Under the pieces are notes generated by a model. The model had not been told where the DNA came from. It ran no database searches and worked only from the letters and a program-made list of their open reading frames with translations. A stretch of DNA of 64,000 nt, from IMG/VR virus record IMGVR_UViG_3300020193_000003, one strand, 5' to 3'. Below are positions 48,101 to 58,500 of this stretch, piece by piece. The stretch's first letter is position 1. The number at the start of each line of letters is the position of its first letter. This stretch comes from a virus. Both the position numbers and the translations under genes were made by a program.

Positions 48101-49281
48101 GGGCGAGGGCGGAGTACCTTTCCGACTCCGTCCTCAACGCGGACCAAGTAAACGAGGCGATCCTGTTCGGAAATGTCATGCTCGTGGGCCCAAAATTGCC
48201 CCAGGACCTGTGGGACATCCCGCAGGTCGGCACCTCCTTGTACCTCGACCCGTTCAGCTACTTCAAGAACTATTCCAACTTCCTCAAGGCCGTGATCGAC
48301 GCGTTGCCGGAGCAGGTCAGATCCAGGCTGGGGGGCGGTCCCGACGACCGTGATGACGCCCAACGGTACTGGGGGGACACCTCGCTCTTCGAGGGCATCA
48401 TAATCAGGGAAGACGACGACATCTCCAGAAGGTTCGCCCCCATGATCAGGAAGCAGGCGGGAATAGTGTTGGACCACGCCAGGCGACACGGCGAGCTGAC
48501 GAGGAAGTGGGCGCAAACCGCCTACGACTTGATGAAGGAGGCTGGCCTGACGGACGCAGAGGTGGCTTTCGTTGTCAACGAACACTGGACGAAAGCATCA
48601 ACGTTCAAACTCGCCACGGTGCAACCGGGGAACGTGCTGGGTCACGCGGCGAGGCTGGGCGTGAAGGCGTTCTCCTCGAGGTACTCGCCGATAAGCCGGG
48701 CCATCACCAAGCGCATCGAAGCCGTCCAATCCGGGGGCCTCCGCGAGGAAGAGGATTTCGGCCTGCACGAGTTCTTCCACCACTACCTGGGCCAGGGTTT
48801 CACCAGGCACGGGGAGTACGTGGCGTTCAGGGGTCCGGCCGATCTGATCGATTCCTACCACGGGCACATGCAGTGGGCCTGGAACGACACCGGTCAGCTT
48901 GGGATGTTCGTCTCCAGGATCATGACGCAGGAGTTCGGCCGCGGCAAGACCGACGAGCCGGAGTTCGGGTATTCGCGCACACTCCATGACGCCATCGGCA
49001 GGGCCATCTACGACAGGCTGAAGGAGATGCTCTCCTCGGCCGAGGACAGGCGAAAAATAATGGATCAGGTGTTCCCGGAATTCCACGGGTCGCCCAGCGA
49101 GGACGAGGCGAAGATCAAGGCGCTGATCCGAAGGCAGTTCGCAGGGCGAGACCTTGAAAGGGTCCGCCAATTTGCGGATTTGATGCCCGTCCTCAGACTG
49201 CTCACGGTGCAGGACCTGCTGGTGCCGAAGATGTACTACCCCTACGGGGGAACGAGTAAAATAATCGGGGGGAGCAACTGA
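42193..49281 (+). CDS. Giant polyvalent protein (2362 aa): two ART-like, OGFr-like, HTH array, DUF4314-like, SLOG-like, zincin
   Basis: LYHAT..L..I..EGL; HYDWWAYP; 5-6 HTHs; VYRG..SWS..EEEII; FVVGDMPGVD; HEFFH; six EAGM-type linkers. Confidence 0.88.
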   Translation: MARLERHLRKSPGEKSLGPTVGGAPRNLNPFTARDADLDMVVLEGIATVNFGRGVPDPTPGGAAETPSAPRLRSPLYATNEDFAVAAMSGPNRRPSISEEKDPGDVRNPDGHFPRQAGPMWRDTSFTALHLAPRERRGTSPASVNTYLHAEWTEPYWDAVRDDTGIWNSPPPPEMEVERAIYDAMKRETIEVGGYNVPFPQHPKESDYDQYTDSTGATVRHLTATRSFPFRNRENPRWTDGHPLYHATPTGALPRIVAEGLVAGTDRQLWFGASPTVWNEQFPHNAARQLKSPIKGMSFLRISPTQTMNERLSRLAKVSDVDRATVPGPLAIDSAGNLIGPRDSWAQIAVGLLSDALWFNDIKIPTENIEVLSQTGEWIPLYRTDLSDVVADPTSGPEAGMAKEKNRGIRRILASITNGKHGDDEGADEQKPASKPPAEVPVVAQIPNPEPRIKYSDSYGGDDLIKNEQRIVRIDHEGLVAAGRWKDIHGDHYDWWAYPIDRGSGQYGEAFNVAGEPLRRLREDPEFLASLAREIEIQALALGWSLYDQDWVEKLDWENGQDWRRAYPTRLWKATRSAQIFGLQREFESMLALHDSLAAGGVRFNHEDYWESPGTVDDVPSLGKSWKERQEEWRQRYPASDATSWTSPHRPLPQGPKRGSDDSQMTLLEEDRVWDAYDSYTTPIFPVVSDAEELADILSEPDEMIEFGYPYERIDKETRQLIADDIFFAVSLLMDGEFPDEEFTDRLESAEQMRRYADGQEGLYPEDRDILYALADALENPVSLYEDIGYESTDSPDGEAGMARRFRRLDEEPDYSDMSLSDTEIQNFIESEADEVTDDLIFGREVSRAFAQEEDEPIPRSVIPVRQISIPTLEEIPEDLKQSYIKLWAGGGSFVAINRQLGISNHDGAAIQTALLRSGEILPRTKRTSGDSLRLTPEDERVFVEWSNEGADMDLLTSVFGLTAGQTAEIAADLRSRGLIRRRFQKNFFTDSERDAFATIVKEELAKGRGIWPRSVLRAQRELGWSKQRAQAMLLWYKTQVKFGLMPGIKTQLSDSDMMRFAARWNDGVPEEQLAREFNVAEGSVKWLASKARKRGMRLKRRNSTDLSATDGLRRSPSLSREWLLGVENGTTSGGYQEFMEGMQKRAVALYRDGRTYGQIAKELGITGADAKYLVDRAATSGEKSPRRRGPKSKVAAALGITVDELVERMAARYNEGKTGAEMATEFGTTIGNLNHFLRVAGKRGLLKLRTRRPKTSVKRNVTGASSRKTRPIDGSDGEAGMSGPDSADLPDGIDGELEDHVYEDPVFGLSIKHPLFFWFAPITPEVVDLINASFAKKRASADEALRQKNWGRYIYLHERPYRIDAFEDVMDELTDQEYWSRLSDIWVDSENIGAQPDRWRNLLLSDRGSRESFMTEDERAEFAALQPRFTVYRGYSENDQEEFGMSWSTDAGVAEWFARRFAREDEKIFMEEMEVSKDDVFAYLTRRGEEEIILDMRTAAGGTASRRELPRKPKTRIPTRSRKLTPPDGEAGMSRTTERGDLVRLGRNSNYPSGLQPGSLGRVARVGRDGTISVEIEGELIKLTPGEDHFLVIPRQFDVLYELTDNDGNVIYLPVEDVTYPRLTSAREEAAKAGYRETGIIRGNMRTFFDDATGTYKTERTEFEVIGAQNIRPETTAPVTRQSTDTPDGEAAMSSQKIPKFNGGHSSKGRGTPSGDGKDLAMRDVADSAIVELANDERSSSRTTLETLGSYRAGSMVVMLARNGELRGIPLRDETIQAITKAHDDGAMFVVGDMPGVDSQFVEFLDKIGADYTIYHAGSSPRFRPQPPDARGDAPSELLARVTDEDAQLNLLYSVPGVAASVRMRSTDGAPVAPGKNAIMKPYLLAPHIDVNGLDASDPAIQSLSPALKAAGLGTYKVTGHSTPKVQGPVVKEFADRLIGPSAVADAVLGTFPTADEMLTIYAVNALIRARAEYLSDSVLNADQVNEAILFGNVMLVGPKLPQDLWDIPQVGTSLYLDPFSYFKNYSNFLKAVIDALPEQVRSRLGGGPDDRDDAQRYWGDTSLFEGIIIREDDDISRRFAPMIRKQAGIVLDHARRHGELTRKWAQTAYDLMKEAGLTDAEVAFVVNEHWTKASTFKLATVQPGNVLGHAARLGVKAFSSRYSPISRAITKRIEAVQSGGLREEEDFGLHEFFHHYLGQGFTRHGEYVAFRGPADLIDSYHGHMQWAWNDTGQLGMFVSRIMTQEFGRGKTDEPEFGYSRTLHDAIGRAIYDRLKEMLSSAEDRRKIMDQVFPEFHGSPSEDEAKIKALIRRQFAGRDLERVRQFADLMPVLRLLTVQDLLVPKMYYPYGGTSKIIGGSN

Positions 49282-49484
49282 TGGAACCGAACAAACCGAC
49301 CGACGCGACGCCGATCCTGAGGGTCGAGATTCCCGCCGCCAAACTCGACGCCATCGGCAGGGCGCTGGCCGGTCCTGATCCGCAGGACGACGACGGGTCG
49401 CACGCCGAGGCTCAGGCGGAGTGGGACATGATAGTTCGCGAGAGGAGCCCGAGGACGACAAGCTACGGCGGTGCCAGTAGCTAA
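49281..49484 (+). CDS. Small acidic protein coupled to the 2362-aa gene
   Basis: TGATG overlap with a GGGGAG RBS. Confidence 0.6.
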   Translation: MEPNKPTDATPILRVEIPAAKLDAIGRALAGPDPQDDDGSHAEAQAEWDMIVRERSPRTTSYGGASS

Positions 49485-49552
49485 GAAATATACGTCTATA
49501 ATTGTTTGATGATTGTCAAATCCCGTCGCCGGGAATAGAGGATAAAGGGCAG

Positions 49553-52500
49553 ATGTCGCCAACCCCGTTCAGAATTCCGTTCAACGCGAAAATCGTCGCC
49601 AGGCACGGAACGACGTCCGTGTACGCGCTCAGGGATGGGCGCCTCGCCTTCGTCGACCACACCAAGAACCGCACCTTCTTCGACGGGAGCAGGGACGTCG
49701 GGACGGGGACCTACGGGTCCGGTCACAACTCGGCGTGGGCCGACTCGCGCATCGTCGCCGTCGCGTCCAAGGGCGGCTCCGCCTCGTTCGCACAGACCAA
49801 GGCACTCAAACCGAAACAATCCAGGGTGCCACAGGAGGCGCCGGACCAGCCGGGGGAGGAGATTCCCGACGAAGCTTTCTCGCGATTGATGCCGATGATC
49901 CCGAAGGAGTTCCTCGATTGGGCGGCGTCGTACGAGATCGGCGACCCGCTGCCCCCGATGATGCCGGGTTACGGCGGGAGGACGCTGTGCAGTAAATCCA
50001 TAAACGACACCTCCTACTCGCAGGACGACTTCGGGGTGGACCAGGTCGTCGAGCGCGTCCTCGCGGACATGGGTTTGCCAGACATAAACCCGGCCCTCGC
50101 CTTCGCCCCCGAGATCGAGACCAAGGGCCTCCCGCGGATGGAGCAGAAGGGCATCCTCGGCAGGGAGATCAGGGACATGGCGCGCAACATCGTCGACTCG
50201 ATCCTCACGGCGAGGGGCCTGTGGAAGGACGAGCTGAACAAGATTCGCTGCGGGTCGGGGCCGAACGCCAACAGGTTCACCGACATCTTCGGGACCGGTT
50301 GCGACGTGCCGGGCGCCGACATGGCCGGCAACATCGTCGGCGCGATAAGGGCTGGGGTGGACGTTCCCGGTCCGGTGGACGAGGTGGCGGGGAAGATCGA
50401 GGGGGCGAGGGAGAGCGTCGCCGACGCGGCCGACGGAATTGACGTCCCGGGCGGAAAATCGTCCCTCGGCGAAAGGCTCAGGATGGCGCTGACGAGGGTC
50501 CGGGGCGGGCACACGCCGCACTACGTGGCCGACATGCCAGGCGACATTGACCCGGCAGCCGGCATGTCAGACGTGTTGAACAGGAGGTCCGACAAGAGGG
50601 GAGGGTTCCTGTTCGTCCGATCTCTCGTTTCGCGCAACAAACGGCGCGAGCGCGCCAAGAAGGCAGTGGGTCGTTTCGAATCCGCGGAGAAGATGGCCAG
50701 GGAGGCCTTCGCCACGCGCGAGTACCGCGACTGGGAGCAGGACTTCACGCTGAGAAAAGGCAGGCTGCCGAACCAGGGCGAGAAACTCAACTGGTTGGCC
50801 GAGCACATCGGATGGAAAGGACAGTTCAGGGATGCGGCCGGCAAACTAGTGACGGACGAGCACGGCAACCCGGTGGGAAGCTTCGGGGGGTTGGCCGACA
50901 CCGCGGTCGTGGACGGGGTCGTGACCGACATGACCCATTTCGAAGCGATGGTCGAGCAGATAGTGCGCGACCCGAGATTCGTGGAGGGCGGTAATTTCGA
51001 CAGGCTGAGCGAGGCCCAGAAGAGACGGCGCAGGGAGGAGGTCGCAAGGAACATATACGAGTACGGGCTCCAGACCCTGTTTGCGATGAAGAACGCCGGC
51101 GGACCGGAGAAGATAGAGCAGATCCAACCCGACGGGAGCAGGATCCTGGTAGACAACCCGGAGCACAAGAAACGCTTCGCCGAGGTAATACCGACCCATT
51201 TCCGCGTAATTCACCCGACAGACCCCAGCAACTTCCGTGGACTCGCGGATGCGGCAGTGGTCACCGGGGTCAACAGTTTCGAACCGGGATTTGATGACGA
51301 GATCGACTTTGTCCCGTTGCTGGGGACAGATCGGCGGATGACTGCGGGACGACCGCTCACGGCGGGCGTGCAGCGCCATGGAAGGGTCGCCGGTTCTCTG
51401 CCGTTGTACGCGCATGAGAACCAGACCCGTGGAGGCGAAATTCCGTTCGTGGCCTCCATAAGCCTGAATCCGGTGTGGTTCACCGACCGGCAAACACAGA
51501 AGGACAAGCTCAAGGCCTTCGGCGGTGACCACCTGGGGATGGACATAAGCAGGGAGGCGTTCTGGGCGCACACCGCCGACCACGAGCTGAACCACGTAGA
51601 CGACTTCGCCCAGAGACTCGGGAACAAGCTCGGATACTGGGGGGAACTCGGCGGCGGCCGGGAGGAGTGGATGCGGAGGCTGTCGCAGCAAACGTACACG
51701 CGCACGCCCACGGGTGGTTATTGGTCGAACGTGATAGACCTCCGCAAGGACGCGGCCAGCTACACGTTCCTCGGGCAGCAGATCGCGGAACTCGACGCCA
51801 AACTCGCCGCGGCCACGACGACCTACGAGAGACAGAAGGCGATTTGGTTCTTCTACATGCAGAACATGAGGTTCAACGAGCGGACGATGTCCGACTTCGC
51901 AAGGTGGATGAACAGATCGGGCGCCGGTTTCACGCCCGGCAAGCGCCTTTCGAAGGCCGAGCAGGCCGCGATGCTCACAGAGATCTTTGAAAACCTGCGG
52001 GCGCGCGGCTACTCCGAGGAGCACGGGGTGCCAACCTTCAGTTTCTGGGAAGACATGATGGACACGCCTCTGGGTTACTGGGACCCAGCGACGGGGAAGT
52101 TCGAGTTCCCGATGGACCCGCGCACCGGGCGCCTGAACCCGTACCCGCTGAACGTGATGAACCTGCAGCCGAAGTGGACGGGAAGAAGAACCCCGGCGAA
52201 TGTTCCCTTCTCGGAAAACGTGGCCACATTTGGGATTGAACTCGATCCGGCACGCTTCGGGCCTGGACGGGACCCGTACGGGCAGGCGAGGCTTGACAAC
52301 TCCGTCTCCAACCTCCTGCACGGATACATAGGGGGGACCTACGCCGGCGAGGACGACTATGAATTCGCGGCGGAGCTGAGGACGCAACTGAACAAACAGG
52401 GCGCGCTCGCCGACGTCAGGGAGTTCCTCGCCGACCCCGCCCGCAACATACACCAGCTCACCGAAGCCGACTTCATGACGCTCGTGGCCAGATACGTGGG

Positions 52501-55500
52501 GACGGACGAGGTGCACAGACTCTACGGGGAACCGGTGCCGGGACCAAGAGCACTTCCCGATGGTGTTATCGGCCCGGGAGGCGGGGCACCCCCGCCACCT
52601 GGCGCGGGTGGGCCACCGGGCGGAGCACCGAGAGGACCGATGATCCCCCTCGGGCCAGGCTCGCCACCAAGGACGCCCCCTGATGGGGGAGGCGGCGCCA
52701 CTCCGCCCCCAGCCTCCCCCGGATCGCGTGGGACCGCCACCGGGCCGACGATTCCGACGGTGCCACGAGCCGACGACCCAGACATTCCCACTCCCGACGA
52801 TACGACTCCGCCCCCAGCCTCCCCGCGGTTGCGCGGAACCGCCACCAGGCCGACGATTCCGATGCGTCCGTCGGACGAAGGTCCAGAAGCTCCCGGCGAC
52901 GCCCCGGAGCCCGAGGCTCCATCGAGGGTCCGTGGCACGGGAGTCAGGAGACCGACCAGGCCGACGACCGACGACGATCTCGTAGAGCCGACGGTCAGAC
53001 CCGAAACCGACGCGGATCGCGTTTCGCCGGAAAGACGCAGAGCCGACGCGGACAGGGAAAGAAGGGTGCGCGAGCTGTTCGGCGACGAAGAAGATCCAGC
53101 CGAAAGAGAGCGTTCCGGGACGAGAACAACCGACTCCGCGGAGGAGACTTCGCCCGATCGCCCGAGAACGACGGCATCTGCCGCGAGGGACGAACTCAAC
53201 GCCGCTCGAAAGAGGGCGCGCGACAGGCGTTTCGCGGAGCGGGAGGAAGCGGACAAAAGGGCGGAAGAAGCATCCCGCAGGATGGCGGAAGCCAGGTATT
53301 ACGAGGGCGTCTACGGGGACGTCGAGCAAGCAGTGGAAGATGCAAAACGCAACATCCCGTCCGATAGTCGAATCAACCCTAGAGATCGCGAAAGGCGCGT
53401 TCGCACAATGGACGAACAAGTTGCGGCGAGGCGCAAGGCGCTTGATAAGGCATCGGCCGCGACCGATCCAAAAGAACGCAGGGGGCAGCAAATAGTCGCC
53501 GCCGCGCTAGAAGCGGAATTGATGTATAAAGCTGGGCAAATAGATTACAGAACCAACGAGCGCCGACAAGCGGACCTGTCGGTCCTGGCCGACCTAAACG
53601 GAACGCCACTCTACCGGGACGACCAAGGCATGTTCAAATTGGAAAGCAGCGTTCCGGAATGGCAGAGAACCGAGGGACCCGACTCGATCGACGATTCGGC
53701 CGAATCCGTCGCTTCTAGAACGGCTTTGGCCGAAAGAATGTTCGGAGAGAGCGAAGCCTCGGAACTCTTGGGCACTCGTTCTTCCGAGACCGACGGACCC
53801 ACCGCCGATTCGCAAGCGGACAGGTTGAGGCTGAACCAAATTCGCGAGGAACGAGTCAACGCCACGGCGCGCGTAGCGGACGCGGAAACTCGCCACGACG
53901 AAGCCCTCAGGAGGGCGAGGCGCACGGGATCCGATCCCGACAGGGGAGGGGACGGCGACCCGGCGGCGTGGGCGGATTACAGGGCGGCCTACGAAGAATT
54001 GAACGAGGCGGACGCCGAGAACGCCAGGCTGCTGCGCGAGTCCAGGGAGCTCGAGGATCGGATACCGAAGAGCGAGACACCGACGCCCGCCACGACCAGG
54101 GATCCCTCCAGGAGATCGTACGAGCGACCGGAAACTCCCGAAGGCATCATCGTGGAAGGCGAAACCCCGCAACGGCAGATACGAATGATCAACCAGACCA
54201 CGGGGGAAATAATTTACGTGGATCCGAGCAACGCTCGCATCATGGATGAAGTCAGGGCAGAGGGCTTCGCTCCGGACGTGAGGCAACCCACCGCTCCCGC
54301 CAGGAGACAGGCCAGTGGGCGAGAAAAACCGCGAACGAAACCCGCACGTGAGCCCGATTGGGTGAGACGCGAGCGGGCCCGACGTGATCGGGCGGGATTG
54401 GCCGACGATATTCCCGGATACGACGACGAGCCGGATGTGGGAATGGCGCCTCCGGTCAGGAGGGGATCGGATTCCGACGGGGTGAGGGAGTTCCTGGAGG
54501 AGGGCGACGGGGCCTTCATGACGCCCGAGCAGGCCCGCCTGCAAAGGGACGGAGCCGTCGAGCGCCGGGAGTCGGCCATCTCGCAGCGCGAGAGGTTGAT
54601 AAACGAGAGGGACGGGGTTGAGAACGGCGTCGTCGGACGCAACCTGACGGACGATCAGGCGCAGAGACGGGTTGAGGAGCTGAACCGCCAGATAGCCGAC
54701 CTGGAGAGAAGAATAGACGACCACGAGAGAACCGCGGAGTTGTTCTCGGAGCACGCACGGAAACTCGAGGAGGGAATCCCCATCAGGGGGAGACGAGGCG
54801 GCGACGCTGAAGCAGGGATGGCGCTTTACAGGCCGAAGAACGTCGTCACAACGACGAACGACCCACCGACTTCAATGAACCCGGGAACGATAACCTCGGA
54901 CGGAGGATTCCAGGCTTACACGTTTGATTTTGCGACTTACGAATTCGACGGGCCCGACGGCATGGAACGAATAATCTTCGAGGACCCGAATCTCGTCAAC
55001 ATGGACGATCCCTCGATTCGGGTCATCCCGAGAAATCCGTACGCGATCACCGGGACCGACGAGTTGAGCGAAGAGGGTCGGAGCTTGGCGCGCAGGTACC
55101 ATCTCGCAAAGGCCGGTTTGATGGAGAGGAACCGTCTCGCTGGCGAGAAGGACCAGTACGATGTTGACGGCTACGTCGATTCCCTGCTCTACAGGGCCTC
55201 GATGGGTGACCCGGAAGCCGAAGCGCTAATTGCTGAGTTGTCGGATCTTGGCGAACAAATTCGGGAAGAGGCGAGGGCACGGAGAATAGCGAAAGACCTA
55301 GATGACAGCTTCGGCGAAATAGCCCAGTCGGAGATAGACGGGTCCAAGGGTGCCGCGACGCTGAAGGCTCTGACGCCCGATAAATTGGCCCTGGTCCACG
55401 AGACGAAATACGAACCAAGAGTTCTCCCCGACGGCACCCTGGAGATCCAGCCGTTGGCCGATTTTCCGACGAACCCGCCTTCCGAAGGTCTCGACACGAT

Positions 55501-58500
55501 CGACGGGAAACCGACCTACCCGAACGTAAACTACCCGCGTCACACCGTGCACTTTGGGGTCGGCGGGTTGGCCGGTGGCCACGTTCAAAGACAGAGCCCC
55601 AAGGACATTGACCCGAACCAACGGGTGTGGGTGGTGGTGACCAATTTCGGTGAGGCCATGGATGCGAATCCCGGTTCCGTCGAAACGATGCGTCTGGAAG
55701 ACACGAGTCTCACCCCGAGAGCCGGGGAGGGACTGAGATTTCCCCCGGGGACCTTCCGGATCTTGGAACTCACGGGGGACAAGAAGGCGGATTTCGCCAC
55801 GATGAACGGGGCGATTCTGGAGGTCGGCGGAACCCCACTCCCGGCAGACATGGACTATTCAAGGTACGGCGGCTCGGCCAGGTCCCGGAGGATATCTCAA
55901 ATGGCCGCCGAGTTGGGTTTCCCCTCCGTTCTGGATGTCGACCATCCGAGCTCCCTGGGCCATCGGGGCTCAATGCGAAGGGGTAATTTCATCGATCGGC
56001 GCGAGGCTTTCGCAACGGCGTTGCCGATCGAAGAATCATCGCTCTCGATGCTCAGCGACAACAGTCTCGAGCGAATCAGCACCTCCACGCACACGTACGG
56101 CGGCGGGGTCGTTCGCTACGTGAATGATTCGGACACGTACATCGAGCTTTTCCCGCCGGACCTACAGGAGCGAATCGACCAGGGGCTCATCAGCAAGCGC
56201 GACGCACGCAGAGAACTAACTGGCAGAGTTGAAGCCCGCAGGGCGGCACGGGCTCAATCCGCCGACGGGCCGAGCGCCGGCATGGCGAGGGGGACGAGCG
56301 AGGAAATCTTCATGCGACCCGACGGAACCTTCGACATCGGCCCGGACACGGGTGGGCGCTCCGCCCTGCGACCGAGTCGCATTGACGAAGAAGTTGTGAA
56401 CCAGGCAGTGATCCAGGCTAGGCAGGAGGTGGTCAGCGAGGTTCTCGACAACCCGTTCGCAACCGACCAAGACTTCGGGCGCGCCTCGCAGGCGATCGAC
56501 CTGATGGAGGATGCGATCGGCGCGGACGCTGCCGAGCGGCTCAGGAACAGACTCGCGAGGGCGCGGGCAAGGCGAGACAGAAACAGTCCCCAAACGATGC
56601 CGGAAATTAGACCGTACTTGATCAGGCCCCCGCAATACGGCGACGACTCGTTCGGGAACCGCAACCGCGTCGGCGACATGGCGCGCGCCATGTCGCGCCC
56701 CGACGACCCGAGGAATCCGCCTCGCACCGCCACGGCGAGATTGGCGCACATGGACACCGCCAACTCGTCCGTCGCAAGGGACATAACTTACGACCCGCAA
56801 AACGGAGACCTCACGGTCACCTACAACGACGACAGGGTCGTCACGTTCACCGACGTGCCGTACGAGCGCGTGCGCAAGGCGGGTTTCGACGACCTGCCGG
56901 ACGACCTGATCAGCGAACTGGAGAACGAACAGAACCAGATGCGCAGCAGGCCAATCGGCAGGATGTCCGACGGCAACCGGGCCCGCAGGAACGTCTCGGG
57001 CCCGAGACGATTGCTCTCCGAGGGGAACTTCCGGTCCAACGAACGACGGCAACCACCCGGCGCTGAGCAGTTCGACGATGGGCCGTCGGCCGGCATGGGC
57101 CGAACGTACGAAACCCTGGTCGGCACGCACGCCAACGTCGTCTCCAGAAAACGAGACGAGTTGGCGAAGGCGCAACAAACGCTTGACGGGATAGGCACCC
57201 GCAGGGACAAGGGGTTGGTGACCGAGGACGAGGCCAAGGCGGTCGCCTCTGCGTTCGCGGACCTGTTCTCCGGGGACATGAGGGTGCAGAGCAATTTTGA
57301 GGGGAGACTGAGGACGGAGTTGCTCAGCGACGGTCGCACCATGGTCAGGTTGGATGCGCAAGTGAACTGGGAGGAGATGGTGCAGGTCCAGGACCTGACG
57401 AGCATCCCCATAACCATGCAAATAAAGTCCGCCGACGGAAAAACGATTTACGGGTACGCCTCAAGGAGGCTGGAGATAGGCGAGGACGGAATCACCGTCC
57501 ATCACGGTTCCCTCACCATCTCGCCGGAGTACCGCGGCAAGGGGATAGCCAGCGAGTTCAACGCAAGGAACGAGAACCTCTACAAAGCCCTCGGGGTCAG
57601 GAGCATAACGACCAGCGGATCCTCCTCCTCGGTTACGAGCACAAACAACCCGTTCGAGGACCAGGTGATCGGAACCGGCGCGACCCACTGGGCCCGCAAC
57701 GGGTTCACCTGGAGGGACGATGACGCGAAACAAAAATTCATCGGAATCATAGACTCGGCATTGTCTAGGAAGCCGGGAATCTTCTCGGACGAGGAGAGGC
57801 AGAGGATATCCTCCCTGTACAAGAGGGGCCGATCCGGGGACTTTCAGACGTCGGCGACCGCGGAAGAGCTGGTTGATTTCGAGGCCGCCGACAGATTGTT
57901 CGCCGAGGAAGGCGCGATCATCGGGTACAGGAGGGACCTGGCGCCCGCCGAGATTGCTGCTCCGAAACCGTCGAGACTCACCAGGATCGCCGACAGGCTC
58001 GGCCGGCGCTCCCGAAACCGGCGCGACGAAACGGACGGTCCGTCGTTCGAGCCGCCTCCCTGGGACCCGGATGCCGAGCTGGAGGAGGCGCTGGATGACA
58101 GGCGGGCCCGCCGAATCGCGGAGTCGCTGGCGGCGGCCGAGCTCCCGGATTTCGTCAGGGATTGGGACCCGGAAGCAGGGATGGCGGAGACGAGGAGGGC
58201 GAGATCGGCAGCGAAGAGACGAAACGCGGCCATGGCGAGGAACGTTGGCCCGGCACTCAAAGGGGACACGGATGTCAAAGAGAAAAGCGTGGACCCGGCG
58301 CCGCCGCCGTTCTCGCGAAGGGACTCGCAGAAATTGACCCAGGTGACTGCGGATTCCGACGCGCTCAATGCGTCGATCGTCCAGCAGAGAAAGGCCCTCG
58401 TCGACAAGTACGCACCGGGCAGGCACGGAGAGCCAGTTGAGTCCTATGCGGACGAGCTCATGGACAGCATGGGCGTCGCGCGCGAGACGGGCCTGAAGGG

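Noticed and set aside
52700-52862. Approximately 58-bp imperfect direct repeat
   Set aside because: It is a local duplication within a Pro-rich linker (TPPPASP..RGTAT.PTIP) with no sign of a mobile element.
25096-58183. EAGM linker read as internal Shine-Dalgarno (GAGG) plus ATG restart sites
   Set aside because: Several copies use GAA GCT/GCA or PSAG/IAG and lack GAGG while keeping the peptide, so a protein-level signal is favoured. Ribosome profiling would be needed to exclude this fully.
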